Position numbers and translations under genes: made by a program
Source of the DNA: an uncultured Acidobacteriota bacterium
GTDB lineage: Bacteria; Acidobacteriota; Terriglobia; Terriglobales; Acidobacteriaceae
Reading direction: 5' to 3'
NCBI GenBank assembly: GCA_963704285.1
Contig: OY969886.1
Coordinates: 1,854,234-1,918,233, forward strand
DNA length: 64,000 nt
The notes under the pieces: model-generated
What the model was told of the DNA's origin: nothing
What the model saw: only the letters and a program-made list of their open reading frames with translations
The model's database searches: none
In this document: piece after piece, positions 1 to 9,316 of the stretch
How the letters are laid out: every line of letters starts with the position of its first letter
Numbering within the stretch: position 1 is the first letter of the stretch

Positions 1-740
1 TCTACGACGGGAATGGGAACCTGCCTGGGCATTTGCCGTGTGTCGTTAAACACGAATGCGAACTCGCGCTCTCCCAATCTTTTTGCGATCCAGGCTTCCA
101 ACGCGGAACGGCACTCGGCAGCCAGCATAATGAAGCGCAGTCCTGCCGTGCCCTCTTCGTTGGCCCAAACCACCTCCGCCTGGGCTTCGATCACAGCCGG
201 GCAACCGGGGAGCTTGAGCCGCACTCCCAGCGTCTCTCCGCGGCGGAGCGGCATCGGCGCCTGGAGCCCAACCCCACCTTGCCCCACCTCGCGGGTGCGG
301 GCCTCGACCGTCCTCCCGCCGGAACACAGCAGAAGGGCGGCGGCGTCGATGCGCACGCGGCAGTACCGGAACATGGTGAACTCCATCTGCTGACGGGCGC
401 GGCGCAGCGCGCGCCAGGTCTGCTCTAACGCCAGCGGCCGGGGAAGCACGTGGTCGGCCTGGCCGGCGAAGGGCGCTTCGGCCGGGCTGTCTGCCGGCCC
501 GATCAGGAACAGCGGCGCGCTGCGGCTGCTGGCTGCGGCCCGCAATTGCCCAATCACCGCTTCCACGCCGGGGGCGTCACAATCCAGGACGGCCACGTCG
601 AAATGCTTGCGCCGCAGGCATTCGGTGGCCTGCGCTGCGCGGTTGCAGATCTCCACCCCGATTCCCAAATCGCGGAGCACATTGCGAAGTTGGTGCAGGA
701 CTTGTTGGTCGGTGGTCAACAGCAGCGATTGCAGGGCCAT
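1..740 (-). CDS. Receiver-like (REC) + PilZ domain protein, C-terminus runs off window start
   Basis: Hand translation of minus strand from ATG 740..738: MALQSLLLTTDQQVLHQL...FDVAVLDCDAPG (CheY-like) then RRARQQMEF...REVGQGGVGLQ (RxxxR and GG-type PilZ motifs). Absent from ORF track because no stop lies in the window. Paralog of 34882..36081. Confidence 0.6.
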   Translation of the reverse strand, partial: MALQSLLLTTDQQVLHQLRNVLRDLGIGVEICNRAAQATECLRRKHFDVAVLDCDAPGVEAVIGQLRAAASSRSAPLFLIGPADSPAEAPFAGQADHVLPRPLALEQTWRALRRARQQMEFTMFRYCRVRIDAAALLLCSGGRTVEARTREVGQGGVGLQAPMPLRRGETLGVRLKLPGCPAVIEAQAEVVWANEEGTAGLRFIMLAAECRSALEAWIAKRLGEREFAFVFNDTRQMPRQVPIPVV

Positions 741-991
741 GGGTTTGTCGTGCCGGCTCGGTCAGCCGGTCCTTTTTCGTGGGGGGAGGGTGCGGGGATC
801 GCCGGCGGTGCTTGCCGGCCTGCCGCTTCAGTTTGTGCGAGTGAGGTGCCGGCGCGCCGTTCACGCCATCTTGCTGCAAAAAGTGTGTCACGACAAGATA
901 CGATTCGTAACATTACCGAGGTGTGCTGGCAGCCGCGCAATCGACCCACGTCCGGGGCTACAATAGGACGCCCACGGCCAGGGGGTTCGCC

Positions 992-1486
992 ATGTCCTCC
1001 GCCACGCCGCAGTTCGAGTTCGACGCCAACAAGCTGCTGGTCCGCATGAATCTCACCTTCGCTGCAGACCCCAACGCCATCGCCGATGTGGCCGAGGGCG
1101 TGGTGCGTGTTTTCAAAGCGATGGACTGTGCCTGCGGCCACGAGTTCGAGGTGGAAACCGCGCTCCGCGAGTCCCTAGCCAATGCCGTAATCCATGGCTG
1201 CAAGGGCGATGCCGGCAAGAAGGTCCAGGTCTGCGTAGCCTGCGACGAGAGCCGGGGCATGCTGATCGTGGTGCGCGATCCCGGCGGCGGTTTCGACCCC
1301 TCCTCGTTGCCCGATCCGCTGCTCGCCGAAAACCTGTTCTCCGAGCACGGACGCGGGATCTACATGATCAACCAACTCATGGACGACGTGCAGTTCCACC
1401 ACGGCGGCACCGAGATCCACATGCGGAAGTTTCCCAAGCAAGAACAAGAAGAAGAGCTCGTCCCTGGCTGCGGCTTCTGGGAGTAG
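992..1486 (+). CDS. Anti-sigma regulatory factor / Ser-Thr kinase of RsbW-SpoIIAB type (GHKL ATPase domain only)
   Basis: ORF 923..1486 with start moved to ATG 992 (MSSATPQF). Motifs ESLANAVIHG, VRDPGGGF, GRGIYM are typical of HATPase_c anti-sigma kinases. Confidence 0.65.
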   Translation: MSSATPQFEFDANKLLVRMNLTFAADPNAIADVAEGVVRVFKAMDCACGHEFEVETALRESLANAVIHGCKGDAGKKVQVCVACDESRGMLIVVRDPGGGFDPSSLPDPLLAENLFSEHGRGIYMINQLMDDVQFHHGGTEIHMRKFPKQEQEEELVPGCGFWE

Positions 1487-1542
1487 TCGGCGGGCAGGTT
1501 TGCGACTTGCGGCCCGCCACGGTTGCTCGTACCATCTTCAGT

Positions 1543-2268
1543 ATGACTCGCATCGTTTGCTTTGCTGTTGCCCTGCTGCTGTTCTCGTCCGCCCTGTTCG
1601 CCGGTGATAAGAGAGAAGAGGACCGCGCGCGTGCCTGCGGCGAAGTCCTGCAGGAGGTCCTCGACATCCCTGAGAACATCCCTCCCGACCTGCTCAACAA
1701 GGCCGAGTGCGTGGTGGTCATCCCCGGGACCAAGAAGTTCGCCATCGGAGTGGGTGGCAGCTACGGACGTGGCGCCATGTCGTGCCGCACCGGCAGCAAC
1801 TACACCGGGCCGTGGAGCGCGCCGGCTCTGTACGCGCTGGAAGGCGCCAACATCGGGTTTCAGCTTGGCGGCGAGGAGACCGATTTCGTGCTGCTGGTGA
1901 TGAATCCCAAGGGAGTGGGGTCGCTGCTCAAGAGCAAGGTGAAGCTGGGCGCCGATGCCGCTGCTGCCGCCGGACCCAAAGGCCGCGACGCCGCCGCCGC
2001 CACCGACGTGCTGATGCGGGCGGAGATCCTTACCTACTCGCGCTCGCGCGGATTGTTCGCGGGAATCTCCCTCGAAGGCTCTACCTTACGCCAGGACAAC
2101 AGCGCCAACCGCAAGCTCTACGGGCGCGAGTTGAGCGCACGCGAGATCGTCAGCGGCAAGGTTGGCGTGCCGGCTGCGGGGCAGGAGATGGTCGCCACGC
2201 TGCGCAAGCACTCGCCGAAGAATTTGTCCGACCCCAAGTCGCTGCGGACGACGAAATCCAAACCCTGA
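1543..2268 (+). CDS. Secreted SYLF (Ysc84/DUF500) lipid-binding domain protein
   Basis: ORF 1507..2268. Signal-like MTRIVCFAVALLLFSSALFAG, then the AECVVVIPG..KFA.GVGGSYGRG...FQLGGE...ILTYSRSRGLFAGISLEGS pattern of SYLF domains. Confidence 0.65.
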   Translation: MTRIVCFAVALLLFSSALFAGDKREEDRARACGEVLQEVLDIPENIPPDLLNKAECVVVIPGTKKFAIGVGGSYGRGAMSCRTGSNYTGPWSAPALYALEGANIGFQLGGEETDFVLLVMNPKGVGSLLKSKVKLGADAAAAAGPKGRDAAAATDVLMRAEILTYSRSRGLFAGISLEGSTLRQDNSANRKLYGRELSAREIVSGKVGVPAAGQEMVATLRKHSPKNLSDPKSLRTTKSKP

Positions 2269-2419
2269 ACGTGTCATTCCGAGCGCAGCGAGGAATCTAT
2301 GCTTTTCCAGCCCACGCCGAAGAAATACATAGATGCCTCGCTCCCCCACCCCAGCGCGCCAAAACCGGGCGCGCCAGGGACCCCGGCTCCGCTCGGCATG
2401 ACACATCGTTGGCTGCTGG

Positions 2420-3405
2420 CTACGTCTCCCGCCAACTGCTGAGCACAGCGTCCCAGGCCACCTCGCCCGCATGGATGGCGAGGTCCTGCGCGCTCACGTC
2501 TGTGTCTTCCACCTCGCCGGTGGTGACGGCGAACAGCACATCGCCATCGTGTTCCGTATGAAACGGCTGGATGGCGCGGGCCATCGAGGTGTGCGTCTGG
2601 ATCGCCAGGCGCCCCAGTTCCAGGTGCCGCATGCGGCGATTGATGACCAACAGGGTGAGCGTCGTGTTTTCCAGAGGCGTGCTGGGCGGGGTCTCCAGTT
2701 GACGCTTGCGCTGGCCGGTGCCGTCGACGAGGTCGGCGGCGAAGCTGGTGCGCAGCCCGGATTCAGGGGCGCGATTGCCGCGCACCACGCGCCCTTCGCG
2801 ATCCACGATGGCGCCCACGGCGTTGACCACGGTAAAGACCGCGATCTTGACGCGGCCGACTTGGCGAAACGCTCCGCCCTGCCCGGCGGACTCCATGTAG
2901 CGCGGACCGAAAAGCTTCCCCACGTGCACGCAGCGTCCCGCACCGCGCGCTCCCAGTGGGAACCGCCCGGGACGCGCCGCCGCGAGCGCCGCCCGTCCCA
3001 ACTCTTTATCGGGATAGATGGCATTGGAGCGGTGGCGGAAGTCATACACCACCGCGCCGGTGACGGTGGGCACGCGCTCCCAGTGGGTGGCCTGACGATC
3101 CCTCGCCAGCAGCTCCGCCATCACGCCGGCCGCCGCTTCCAGGCCGTAGCTGGCGCCACCGGCAAACACCACGGCCCGCACCGTGGGGCGCTCGTGGCCG
3201 AGTCGCAGGCGTTCGGTGTTGACCGTGGCCGCCGCGCCCCCGCGACGTCCACGGCGGCCATGGCGCCCGCCGGGAAGTAAAACACGGTGGCGCCCGTTGG
3301 ACCTTCTTCGTACTCGGCCACACCGATGTGCAGGTCGGGAAAATCAAGCTCCAGCGCCGGACTGGTGAAGGAGGTCAGGGGAACGGGGCTGGAGTTCGTG
3401 GTCAT
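2420..3405 (-). pseudogene. Peptidase family S58 (DmpA/P1 aminopeptidase-like) with apparent 1-nt frameshift near 3237..3249
   Basis: N-terminal part MTTNSSPV...FYFPAGAMAAVDV lies in ORF 3121..3465. Continuation RGGAAATVNTERLRLGHERPTVRAVVFAGGASYGLEAAAG lies in the frame of ORF 2420..3181. The junction is at GACGTC followed by a G5 run on the coding strand. Confidence 0.7.
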
Positions 3406-3490
3406 ATCGTCGAGGCAGGCCATTACAGCACGCAGCCCTGCGCCGGACAAGCTACCCCGATGCACGGGTTACAATCCACCCGGCGTCAAC

Positions 3491-3868
3491 ATGTCTCAGA
3501 GCGCAGAACCGAAGTCGGTCGAGGTGCAACTCGCAGCCGGCACGGGTGTGGACATCGAATGGCAGGACGGGCATCGCAGTCACTACAGCTTCTCCTACCT
3601 GCGCTCCGTCTGTCCATGCGCGGCGTGTTCGGCTCGTCGCGCCGCCCAGGGCCGGCAGCCGGGCGCTCCCCGGCCCATGCGCTTCGACGACCTGGGGACG
3701 CTGGGTGCACTAGTGCGCGCGGTGAAGGCGGACCCCGTGGGCAAGTACGCTCTGCGCTTTCACTGGGACGATGGCCATCGCGAGGGCGACTACTCCTGGG
3801 ACTTCCTGCGCGAAGTCTGTCCTTGTGCGGCCTGTGCCCGCGCGAAGGATGATGTTTCTGCCGTCTGA
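3491..3868 (+). CDS. DUF971 (gamma-butyrobetaine hydroxylase-like N-terminal) family protein
   Basis: ATG 3491 inside ORF 3287..3868. Two half-repeats each end in the W.DGH...Y...LR..CPCAAC pattern. Confidence 0.6.
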   Translation: MSQSAEPKSVEVQLAAGTGVDIEWQDGHRSHYSFSYLRSVCPCAACSARRAAQGRQPGAPRPMRFDDLGTLGALVRAVKADPVGKYALRFHWDDGHREGDYSWDFLREVCPCAACARAKDDVSAV

Positions 3869-3961
3869 GGCAGGCGGGTTGCGGCGACGGTGTGGTCCCG
3901 GACTCCTGATGCACTTTGGTAATTTGTGCTCTGGGAGCGGGTGGGCCTACGCTCGCCTCCT

Positions 3962-4339
3962 ATGGCACCGAAACCGCAGCCGCAGAACGGTTCCGCAGAA
4001 GGGCGGCGGTGGCATCGCTTCCGCTTCGACGTGCCGGTGCGTGTCCTGATGCGGCGCAACGCACGCGACCTGGAGGTCGCCGGACGCGGAACCGGGATGA
4101 ATGAGGGTGGGATCGGGATCGTCCTCAACCTGGACGCGCCCCTGCAGGTCGGCAACCAGGTGCAGGTCGAATTCCGGCCTCCCTATGCGGGGCTGCCGGT
4201 GTACGTCCGGGGTGCGGTGCGCCATGCCGCCGGGAATCGCTATGGGGTGGAATTCCTGGCAACCGACGCTGCCGAGCAGGAGGAAGTCGGGTTGTTCCGG
4301 CGGATGCTGCGTGCCGCTGCCGACCGCCTGGGCGAGTAA
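3962..4339 (+). CDS. PilZ domain protein
   Basis: ORF 3926..4339. RRWHRFRF (RxxxR) then GTGMNEGGIGIVL (D/NxSxxG-like). Start uncertain (3926 or 3962). Confidence 0.6.
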   Translation: MAPKPQPQNGSAEGRRWHRFRFDVPVRVLMRRNARDLEVAGRGTGMNEGGIGIVLNLDAPLQVGNQVQVEFRPPYAGLPVYVRGAVRHAAGNRYGVEFLATDAAEQEEVGLFRRMLRAAADRLGE

Positions 4340-4368
4340 CCGCGCACTTCTTTCGCTGGCCTTTCGCC

Positions 4369-4399
4369 AAACAAAAAGGACGAGCCTCGCAAGGCTCGC
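4369..4399 (-). terminator. Rho-independent terminator after ABM-like gene
   Basis: Minus strand reads CGAGCC-TTGCGA-GGCTCG followed by TCCTTTTTGTTT. Confidence 0.55.
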
Positions 4400-4422
4400 C
4401 CTTCGATCGCCCAGGTCTTCTT

Positions 4423-4746
4423 CTACGCAGCCTTGCCCGCGGCGATCTTGTGCGTGGTGAACAGATCAACGTCGAAGGTGAGGATCTTGGGAGCGACCTC
4501 CAGCATCGGTTTCAGCAGCTCCTCGACCTTCAGGAACTGCTCACGCCGATACAGCTCGGCATCTTCCGCGGTTCTCCAGAAGCTGAGGGCGACGATGCGG
4601 TTCAGTTCGGTCGTCGAGAGAAGCACGATCTCATCGATGAAGCCCGGCTGTTTCTTCAGGATGGGAAGCACCTTCTCCTGAATCATCTCGGCGACTTCCT
4701 TGGTCTTGCCGTACTTGGTGTTGATCTCAACCAACCGTGTGAACAT
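4423..4746 (-). CDS. ABM-like (dimeric alpha/beta barrel, antibiotic biosynthesis monooxygenase fold) protein
   Basis: 107-aa ORF MFTRLVEINTKYGKTKE...GFIDEIVLLS..NRIVALSFWRTAEDAE, typical ABM-domain layout. Confidence 0.5.
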   Translation of the reverse strand: MFTRLVEINTKYGKTKEVAEMIQEKVLPILKKQPGFIDEIVLLSTTELNRIVALSFWRTAEDAELYRREQFLKVEELLKPMLEVAPKILTFDVDLFTTHKIAAGKAA

Positions 4747-4933
4747 ATCGGCCTCCTTTGGGTTGGAGAGTGAAAAGATTCCGTCGTAGCAGCACGGCGG
4801 AGATGAGTTCCCATCAACGGACGTTACGCCCCGTCCGGACCGGCGTCAATCCCACAAACTTTGTGCAGTTCCAGCGGTCACACCAGGGAGTGCAGTTCCT
4901 TCTGCCGACGCTTGGCGGAGGCGCGAGAGGGCG

Positions 4934-5281
4934 CTACGCTTTGCGGACACGCTGCGGAATGGAGTTCTCGAACTTGACGTCCACGGCACGCAACGCCGCC
5001 CGTTTTCCCGGGTCCGCCTCCAGGGCCTCCAGGTAACGGACGATCTGCAGCCCGTTTCTCACCTGGTCTTCGATGGCTCGCTGCACGGCATTGCGGGTGT
5101 AGAACTGCCAGATGTACCAGCCGGCCGCGCAAAACAGGCTGAAGGAGACGGTGGAATGGATCAAGTCCGACGCATGGTCGCTCACCTGCCAGTGACGCAG
5201 GCACAACTCCACCGCCCAGTAGGACAGCAGTCTGGCCACGCCGACCGCGAGACCGAACAGTAGTCCTCCCATCCGGTTCAT
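4934..5281 (-). CDS. Hypothetical small membrane protein
   Basis: 115-aa ORF with two hydrophobic segments (GLLFGLAVGVARLL, FSLFCAAGWYIWQF). No family recognised. Confidence 0.35.
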   Translation of the reverse strand: MNRMGGLLFGLAVGVARLLSYWAVELCLRHWQVSDHASDLIHSTVSFSLFCAAGWYIWQFYTRNAVQRAIEDQVRNGLQIVRYLEALEADPGKRAALRAVDVKFENSIPQRVRKA

Positions 5282-5552
5282 CGAGAAAAGTGCCTCCTTC
5301 CCCTACAACTTAGGACGTTTTCGCGGGCCGTCAAAGACATTTTCGAACTCGCTATCCCGTTTGCATTCAAGCTTATGGAAAGTTATCCGCTCCGTTGGGC
5401 ATCAAAAACGGTGCATAGCACCATTGTCGGCGTGATCACGATGTCGTTCCAACCCGCGTATTTGGCTGCTCGCGTGAGCCTGGTGGTTTTCGCTGCCCGA
5501 TCTTCGAAATTCGCCGGTACTGTGGAAAAACGCTTTCGCAAGTACATCCATC

Positions 5553-5581
5553 TTGACACCGGTTCCCGAACAGCATAGATT
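5553..5581 (+). promoter_or_regulatory. Candidate sigma70-type promoter TTGACA-N17-TAGATT
   Basis: TTGACA 5553..5558 and TAGATT 5576..5581, about 130 nt upstream of ATG 5711. Confidence 0.35.
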
Positions 5582-5710
5582 GCGCCGCACTCACGGGCTG
5601 TGCCAGCCATTCGTGTCCGCCGAGCTTCGAAGACCTCCCCTTCGACGGCGATGGTTTTCCCCCATGAGCTTCTCGGTTCGCCGCGTGAGATGACACGAGG
5701 AGTGACTTCC

Positions 5711-6796
5711 ATGAGAAAGAACAGATTGCTGCTGGGGATCCTTGCATCATTCTTTGCGCTGTACGTTGCGGTGCCGGCCGGCGCCTGGCATCGCACTCCT
5801 GCCAAGATCTTCGCCATCCTGCCGAACGGCGCGACCGGGCCGGAAGGGCTCACGGTGGGCCCGGACGGCAACGTGTACGTCGCCACCTTCGGTTTCAACA
5901 GCCAGGGTCCGGTTGGCGGACATGGCCAGCTCTACGTCTTCGATCCCAATGGCCACCTGCTGCGGAATGTCACCGTCCAGAATTCCACGCCGTTCCTGCT
6001 CGGTCTGGCATTCCATCCCACCACCCACCAGCTTCTGGTCCTGGATTCGGCGGCGGGCGGGGGCGGCCCTTCCCAGGTCTTCCGCGTGGATCCGCACACC
6101 GGCAACTCGTCCGTGTTCATGACCGTGACCGGCGGCGCGGGTCTGAACGCGCTCACCTTCGACAAGGACGGCAATGTCTACGTCTCGGATTCTTTCCAGG
6201 GCATCATCTGGAAGTGTGACGCGGTTTGTGGCCACGCCGGCACGGCATGGGTGACCAACTCCCTGCTCAGCACCAGCGGTGTGCCTCCGTTCGGCGCCAA
6301 CGGCCTGGAGTTCAACAATGCTGGCAACACGTTATTCGTGGCCAATACCGGCAATGACACCATCGTCCAGATTCCGGTAAGTGCCACTGGAACCCCGGGG
6401 AGCCCCTCAGTCTTCGTCAACAGCATCAACGGCGCCGATGGCATCGTCATCGACAAGCACGACAACATCTGGGTGGCGGCCAACCAGGCGGATGAGATCG
6501 TGGTAGTCGACAAGACGGGGAAAGTCATCGCCAAGCTGGGGGACTTCGAAGGCGTGAGTGAGCATGGGGTGCCGCACGGCCTGCTGTTCCCGGCAAGCCC
6601 GGCGTTCAGCGCCGACGGCGAGTGGCTATATGTCACTAATCTCGCGCTGAACATTGGCGGGATCTTTGGCCTGCCGACCGTGGACACGCAGTGGTGCGCC
6701 CAGGTGAAGCACTACACCGTGTCCAAAATCCGGGCGCGCATCCCGCGCCGCGGCGAAGACGAGGACCACGACCGCGGAGACCACGACCGCGACTGA
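5711..6796 (+). CDS. Secreted SMP-30/gluconolactonase/LRE-like beta-propeller protein
   Basis: ORF 5600..6796 with start moved to MRKNRLLLGILASFFALYVAVPAGA signal. Repeated GPEGL.VGPDGNVYV, LTFDKDGNVYVSD, NGLEFNNAGNTLFVAN, DGIVIDKHDNIWVA blades. Confidence 0.65.
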   Translation: MRKNRLLLGILASFFALYVAVPAGAWHRTPAKIFAILPNGATGPEGLTVGPDGNVYVATFGFNSQGPVGGHGQLYVFDPNGHLLRNVTVQNSTPFLLGLAFHPTTHQLLVLDSAAGGGGPSQVFRVDPHTGNSSVFMTVTGGAGLNALTFDKDGNVYVSDSFQGIIWKCDAVCGHAGTAWVTNSLLSTSGVPPFGANGLEFNNAGNTLFVANTGNDTIVQIPVSATGTPGSPSVFVNSINGADGIVIDKHDNIWVAANQADEIVVVDKTGKVIAKLGDFEGVSEHGVPHGLLFPASPAFSADGEWLYVTNLALNIGGIFGLPTVDTQWCAQVKHYTVSKIRARIPRRGEDEDHDRGDHDRD

Positions 6797-6815
6797 TAGC
6801 CAGCCGCACGATTGT

Positions 6816-6883
6816 GATCACAGCGCGCGGGTGCCCCACCCTTGGCCGGTTTTGCCAAGGGTGGGGTCTTTCGCGCTGTGATC
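6816..6883. repeat. Long palindrome with core CCCCACCCTTGGCCGGTTTTGCCAAGGGTGGGG (family D) between convergent genes
   Basis: Outer arms GATCACAGCGCG / CGCGCTGTGATC. Core 6834..6866 recurs at 15523..15555. Confidence 0.8.
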
Positions 6884-6889
6884 CAGCTT

Positions 6890-7564
6890 CTAGTGTGTCG
6901 TCAGCGGCTCCGAGGTCTGCAGCCGCGCGCGGTAGATGGCGTTCTTCCCCGGCACTTCGGCGATCACGTCGGCGTGCACGATGTAATCCCCACGCGGCAG
7001 CGCGGAGCCGAAAGGGATCTCCGGAATCGTGGTCTGCGCGGCAAACGTGAAGTGCTGATAGCCGAGCACGAAGGCCTTGCCGATCTCGTTTACCGCCACC
7101 ACGATCATGGTCAGGTCAACATCGGTGGCTGTCTGGTTGGCGAGCTTGACCGAACCGACAATGCCGTCCAGCGTGACTGCGGGAACGCTCTTCCACTCCA
7201 CCACCAGTGCCGAGATCACCGCCAGCGTGAACTCGCGGCTGCGGGTGTCTGCCGGATCGTCGGAATCGCTCACCTCCACCGCAAAGCGGAATTGTCCCAG
7301 AGCGGTGGGAGCGCCGGAGATCTTGCCCGAGACCGGGTCCAGATTCAGCCCCGGAGGCAGGCTGCCGGCGATCACCTCCCACGTGCGCGGCAGCACGCCG
7401 CCGGTCGCGGCCAGCTTCGCCTCGTAGCTCGCCGTAAGGATCGCTTTGGGCAGCGTCTTTTCAGTGACGATGGCGAGCGGCGCTCCCACTTCTTGCGCGG
7501 CGGAAGCGACGGTGAAGATGCCCAGCAACAGCGCAGCCAGAACGGTGGATCTCATCGGATTCAT
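6890..7564 (-). CDS. Secreted protein with putative Ig (He_PIG-like) domain
   Basis: ATG 7564 inside ORF 6890..7825. Signal MNPMRSTVLAALLLGIFTVASAA. LPPGLNLDPVSGKISGAPTALGQFRFAVEVSD motif. Confidence 0.5.
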   Translation of the reverse strand: MNPMRSTVLAALLLGIFTVASAAQEVGAPLAIVTEKTLPKAILTASYEAKLAATGGVLPRTWEVIAGSLPPGLNLDPVSGKISGAPTALGQFRFAVEVSDSDDPADTRSREFTLAVISALVVEWKSVPAVTLDGIVGSVKLANQTATDVDLTMIVVAVNEIGKAFVLGYQHFTFAAQTTIPEIPFGSALPRGDYIVHADVIAEVPGKNAIYRARLQTSEPLTTH

Positions 7565-7657
7565 CCCAATTGTACCGTTGCCGAGCTCGACAGAACGGCG
7601 CCGAGGGGTGAGAAAGTTGGGGCGTGCGCCGATCGCGCGGTGTTGGCCGGGGTGCCG

Positions 7658-7686
7658 TTGACTTGCGCCAGCGCGCAAACTAACAT
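7658..7686 (+). promoter_or_regulatory. Candidate promoter TTGACT-N17-TAACAT
   Basis: TTGACT 7658..7663 and TAACAT 7681..7686, 28 nt upstream of ATG 7714. Confidence 0.3.
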
Positions 7687-7713
7687 GCGCGGACGCCACA
7701 CCAAGGAGGCGCC

Positions 7714-8184
7714 ATGCCCCACTGCACGCAATGCGGAACTGCACTTGCCCAAGATGCGCGTTTCTGCCCGAGCTGTGGCCGCTCCCAACCTGCAACCGGG
7801 ACGCCGGCTCCGCCGGCAGCTCCATCCGCTCATTCCGGACTCTCGGAAAACACGGCGGCGCTGCTGAGTTATGTGCTCGGCTGGATCACGGGGCTGATCT
7901 TCTTCCTCATTGACAGCCGTCCCTTCGTGCGCTTCCACGCCGCGCAGTCCCTGGTCACCTTCGGAGGCTTGCACATCATCCGCGTCGCGCTCGGCGCCGT
8001 TTTCGGTTTCGGATGGTGGTACCACGGCGGCTGGGCGAACCTGGGCATCGGCGCCTTGCTGATCGGGTGCCTGGGATTGCTTTCCCTGGTGCTGTGGATC
8101 GTGTGCATGGTGAAGGCGTACCAGGGCGTCCGCTTCAAGGTGCCCATCGCCGGCGATGTCGCCGAAGGCATCGCGGGACGCTAG
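7714..8184 (+). CDS. Zinc-ribbon plus DUF4870-like membrane protein
   Basis: MPHCTQCGTALAQDARFCPSCG zinc ribbon, then multi-pass region with FVRFHAAQSL motif. Confidence 0.6.
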   Translation: MPHCTQCGTALAQDARFCPSCGRSQPATGTPAPPAAPSAHSGLSENTAALLSYVLGWITGLIFFLIDSRPFVRFHAAQSLVTFGGLHIIRVALGAVFGFGWWYHGGWANLGIGALLIGCLGLLSLVLWIVCMVKAYQGVRFKVPIAGDVAEGIAGR

Positions 8185-8251
8185 GGGCCGGACCACTCCC
8201 AACCGGCAAACGGTCAGGGGCGAACCCCGGTGGCCCGCCCCTCGTCAGAAC

Positions 8252-8773
8252 TCACGCGGCCGCGGTCTTCGCGGATGGCTGGACCTCGTGCAGCCTTCCC
8301 GTCTTTACGTCGTAGATGAATCCCCGCACGGGAATCTGCTTCGGGACCCAGGGATGCGAGCGCACCCGTCCAATCTGGCGGCGCACGTTGCTCTCCAGAT
8401 CGCTAAAGGCGTGGAAATGGACGGGCGCGAAAACTGCCGCGCCGGTTTGCTTCTCGAGCCGGTCGCGCAGATCTTCATCTTTGAAGGTCAGCATGCCGCA
8501 GTCGGTGTGATTGATGATGAGGAACTCTTGCGTCCCCAGCAGGTGATGCGAGATGAGCAGCGAACGCAGGGCGTCCTCGGTGGCGATGCCGCCGGCGTTG
8601 CGGATGATGTGCGCCTCCCCGGTATCGAGCCCGAGGAACTGCTCGACAGTGAGGCGCGCGTCCATGCAAGCCAGCACCGCCACCTTGCGCGCCGGTGGCA
8701 TGGGCAGATGCCCGAGCTTGAAGCTCTGGGCGTAGCGTTCGTTGGCCTTAAGCAGTTGGTCCGTGGTGCTCAT
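8252..8773 (-). CDS. Beta-class carbonic anhydrase
   Basis: VAVLACMDARL...HIIRNAGG...IINHTDCGM, the zinc ligand pattern (C, H, C) of beta-CAs. SD AAGGAG before the ATG. Confidence 0.85.
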   Translation of the reverse strand: MSTTDQLLKANERYAQSFKLGHLPMPPARKVAVLACMDARLTVEQFLGLDTGEAHIIRNAGGIATEDALRSLLISHHLLGTQEFLIINHTDCGMLTFKDEDLRDRLEKQTGAAVFAPVHFHAFSDLESNVRRQIGRVRSHPWVPKQIPVRGFIYDVKTGRLHEVQPSAKTAAA

Positions 8774-8795
8774 GGTTTCTCCTTTCGTGGATAAC

Positions 8796-8821
8796 GAAAA
8801 AGCCGCTCACTCGGAGCGGCT
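8796..8821 (-). terminator. Rho-independent terminator about 23 nt upstream of the carbonic anhydrase start
   Basis: Minus strand reads AGCCGCTC-CGAGT-GAGCGGCT followed by TTTTTCG. Confidence 0.6.
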
Positions 8822-9056
8822 GGGGGTTGAAGATCAAGGTTAGTCAGGAACCAGAGACCCATCCCGTGCCGCTTGGCAGCCGGCAACAACAACACGGGCA
8901 GGCAGAACCGATGGCGACAGGCGCGGCGCTGGGTGGATAAGCAGACATGATCTCTCTTGCACTTAGATGGGACACCGCCCGTCTGGTCACAAATAAAATC
9001 AGGTGCTTCGCGAAATGCCTTGAGAGGTGCTGAGGGCGGACAGAAGGGCAGGGATC

Positions 9057-9316
9057 TGGCGCGCCCGAAGGGACTCGAACTTGAGGCGCTTCCCGCGGCC
9101 CATTCGACAGCTTCGCTTCGCTCAGCTGCTCAGGGCAGGCTAAAATCTGAGCCGCGGGCCGAAATCCCGAGCGCAGCGAGGGACCTGCAGCGAAGGGCTG
9201 GCGCGCCCGAAGGGACTCGAACTTGAGGCGCTTGCGGGCGTGAGCGAAGCGCGCAGCGCGGAGCGGGAGCCCGCAGCCGAAATCCCGAGCGCAGCGAGGG
9301 ACCTGCAGCGAAGGAC
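9057..9316 (-). repeat. Two tandem units (142 and 118 nt), each starting with the last 24 nt of tRNA-Arg
   Basis: TGGCGCGCCCGAAGGGACTCGAAC on the plus strand at 9057, 9199 and, as the genuine tRNA 3' end, at 9317. Spacers consist of family-A-like repeat sequence. Confidence 0.85.

Noticed and set aside
5383-5898. 171-aa minus-strand ORF in the 5282..5710 intergenic region
   Set aside because: It has no SD or family resemblance and overlaps the start of the well-supported plus-strand propeller gene. The region is better explained as promoter plus leader.
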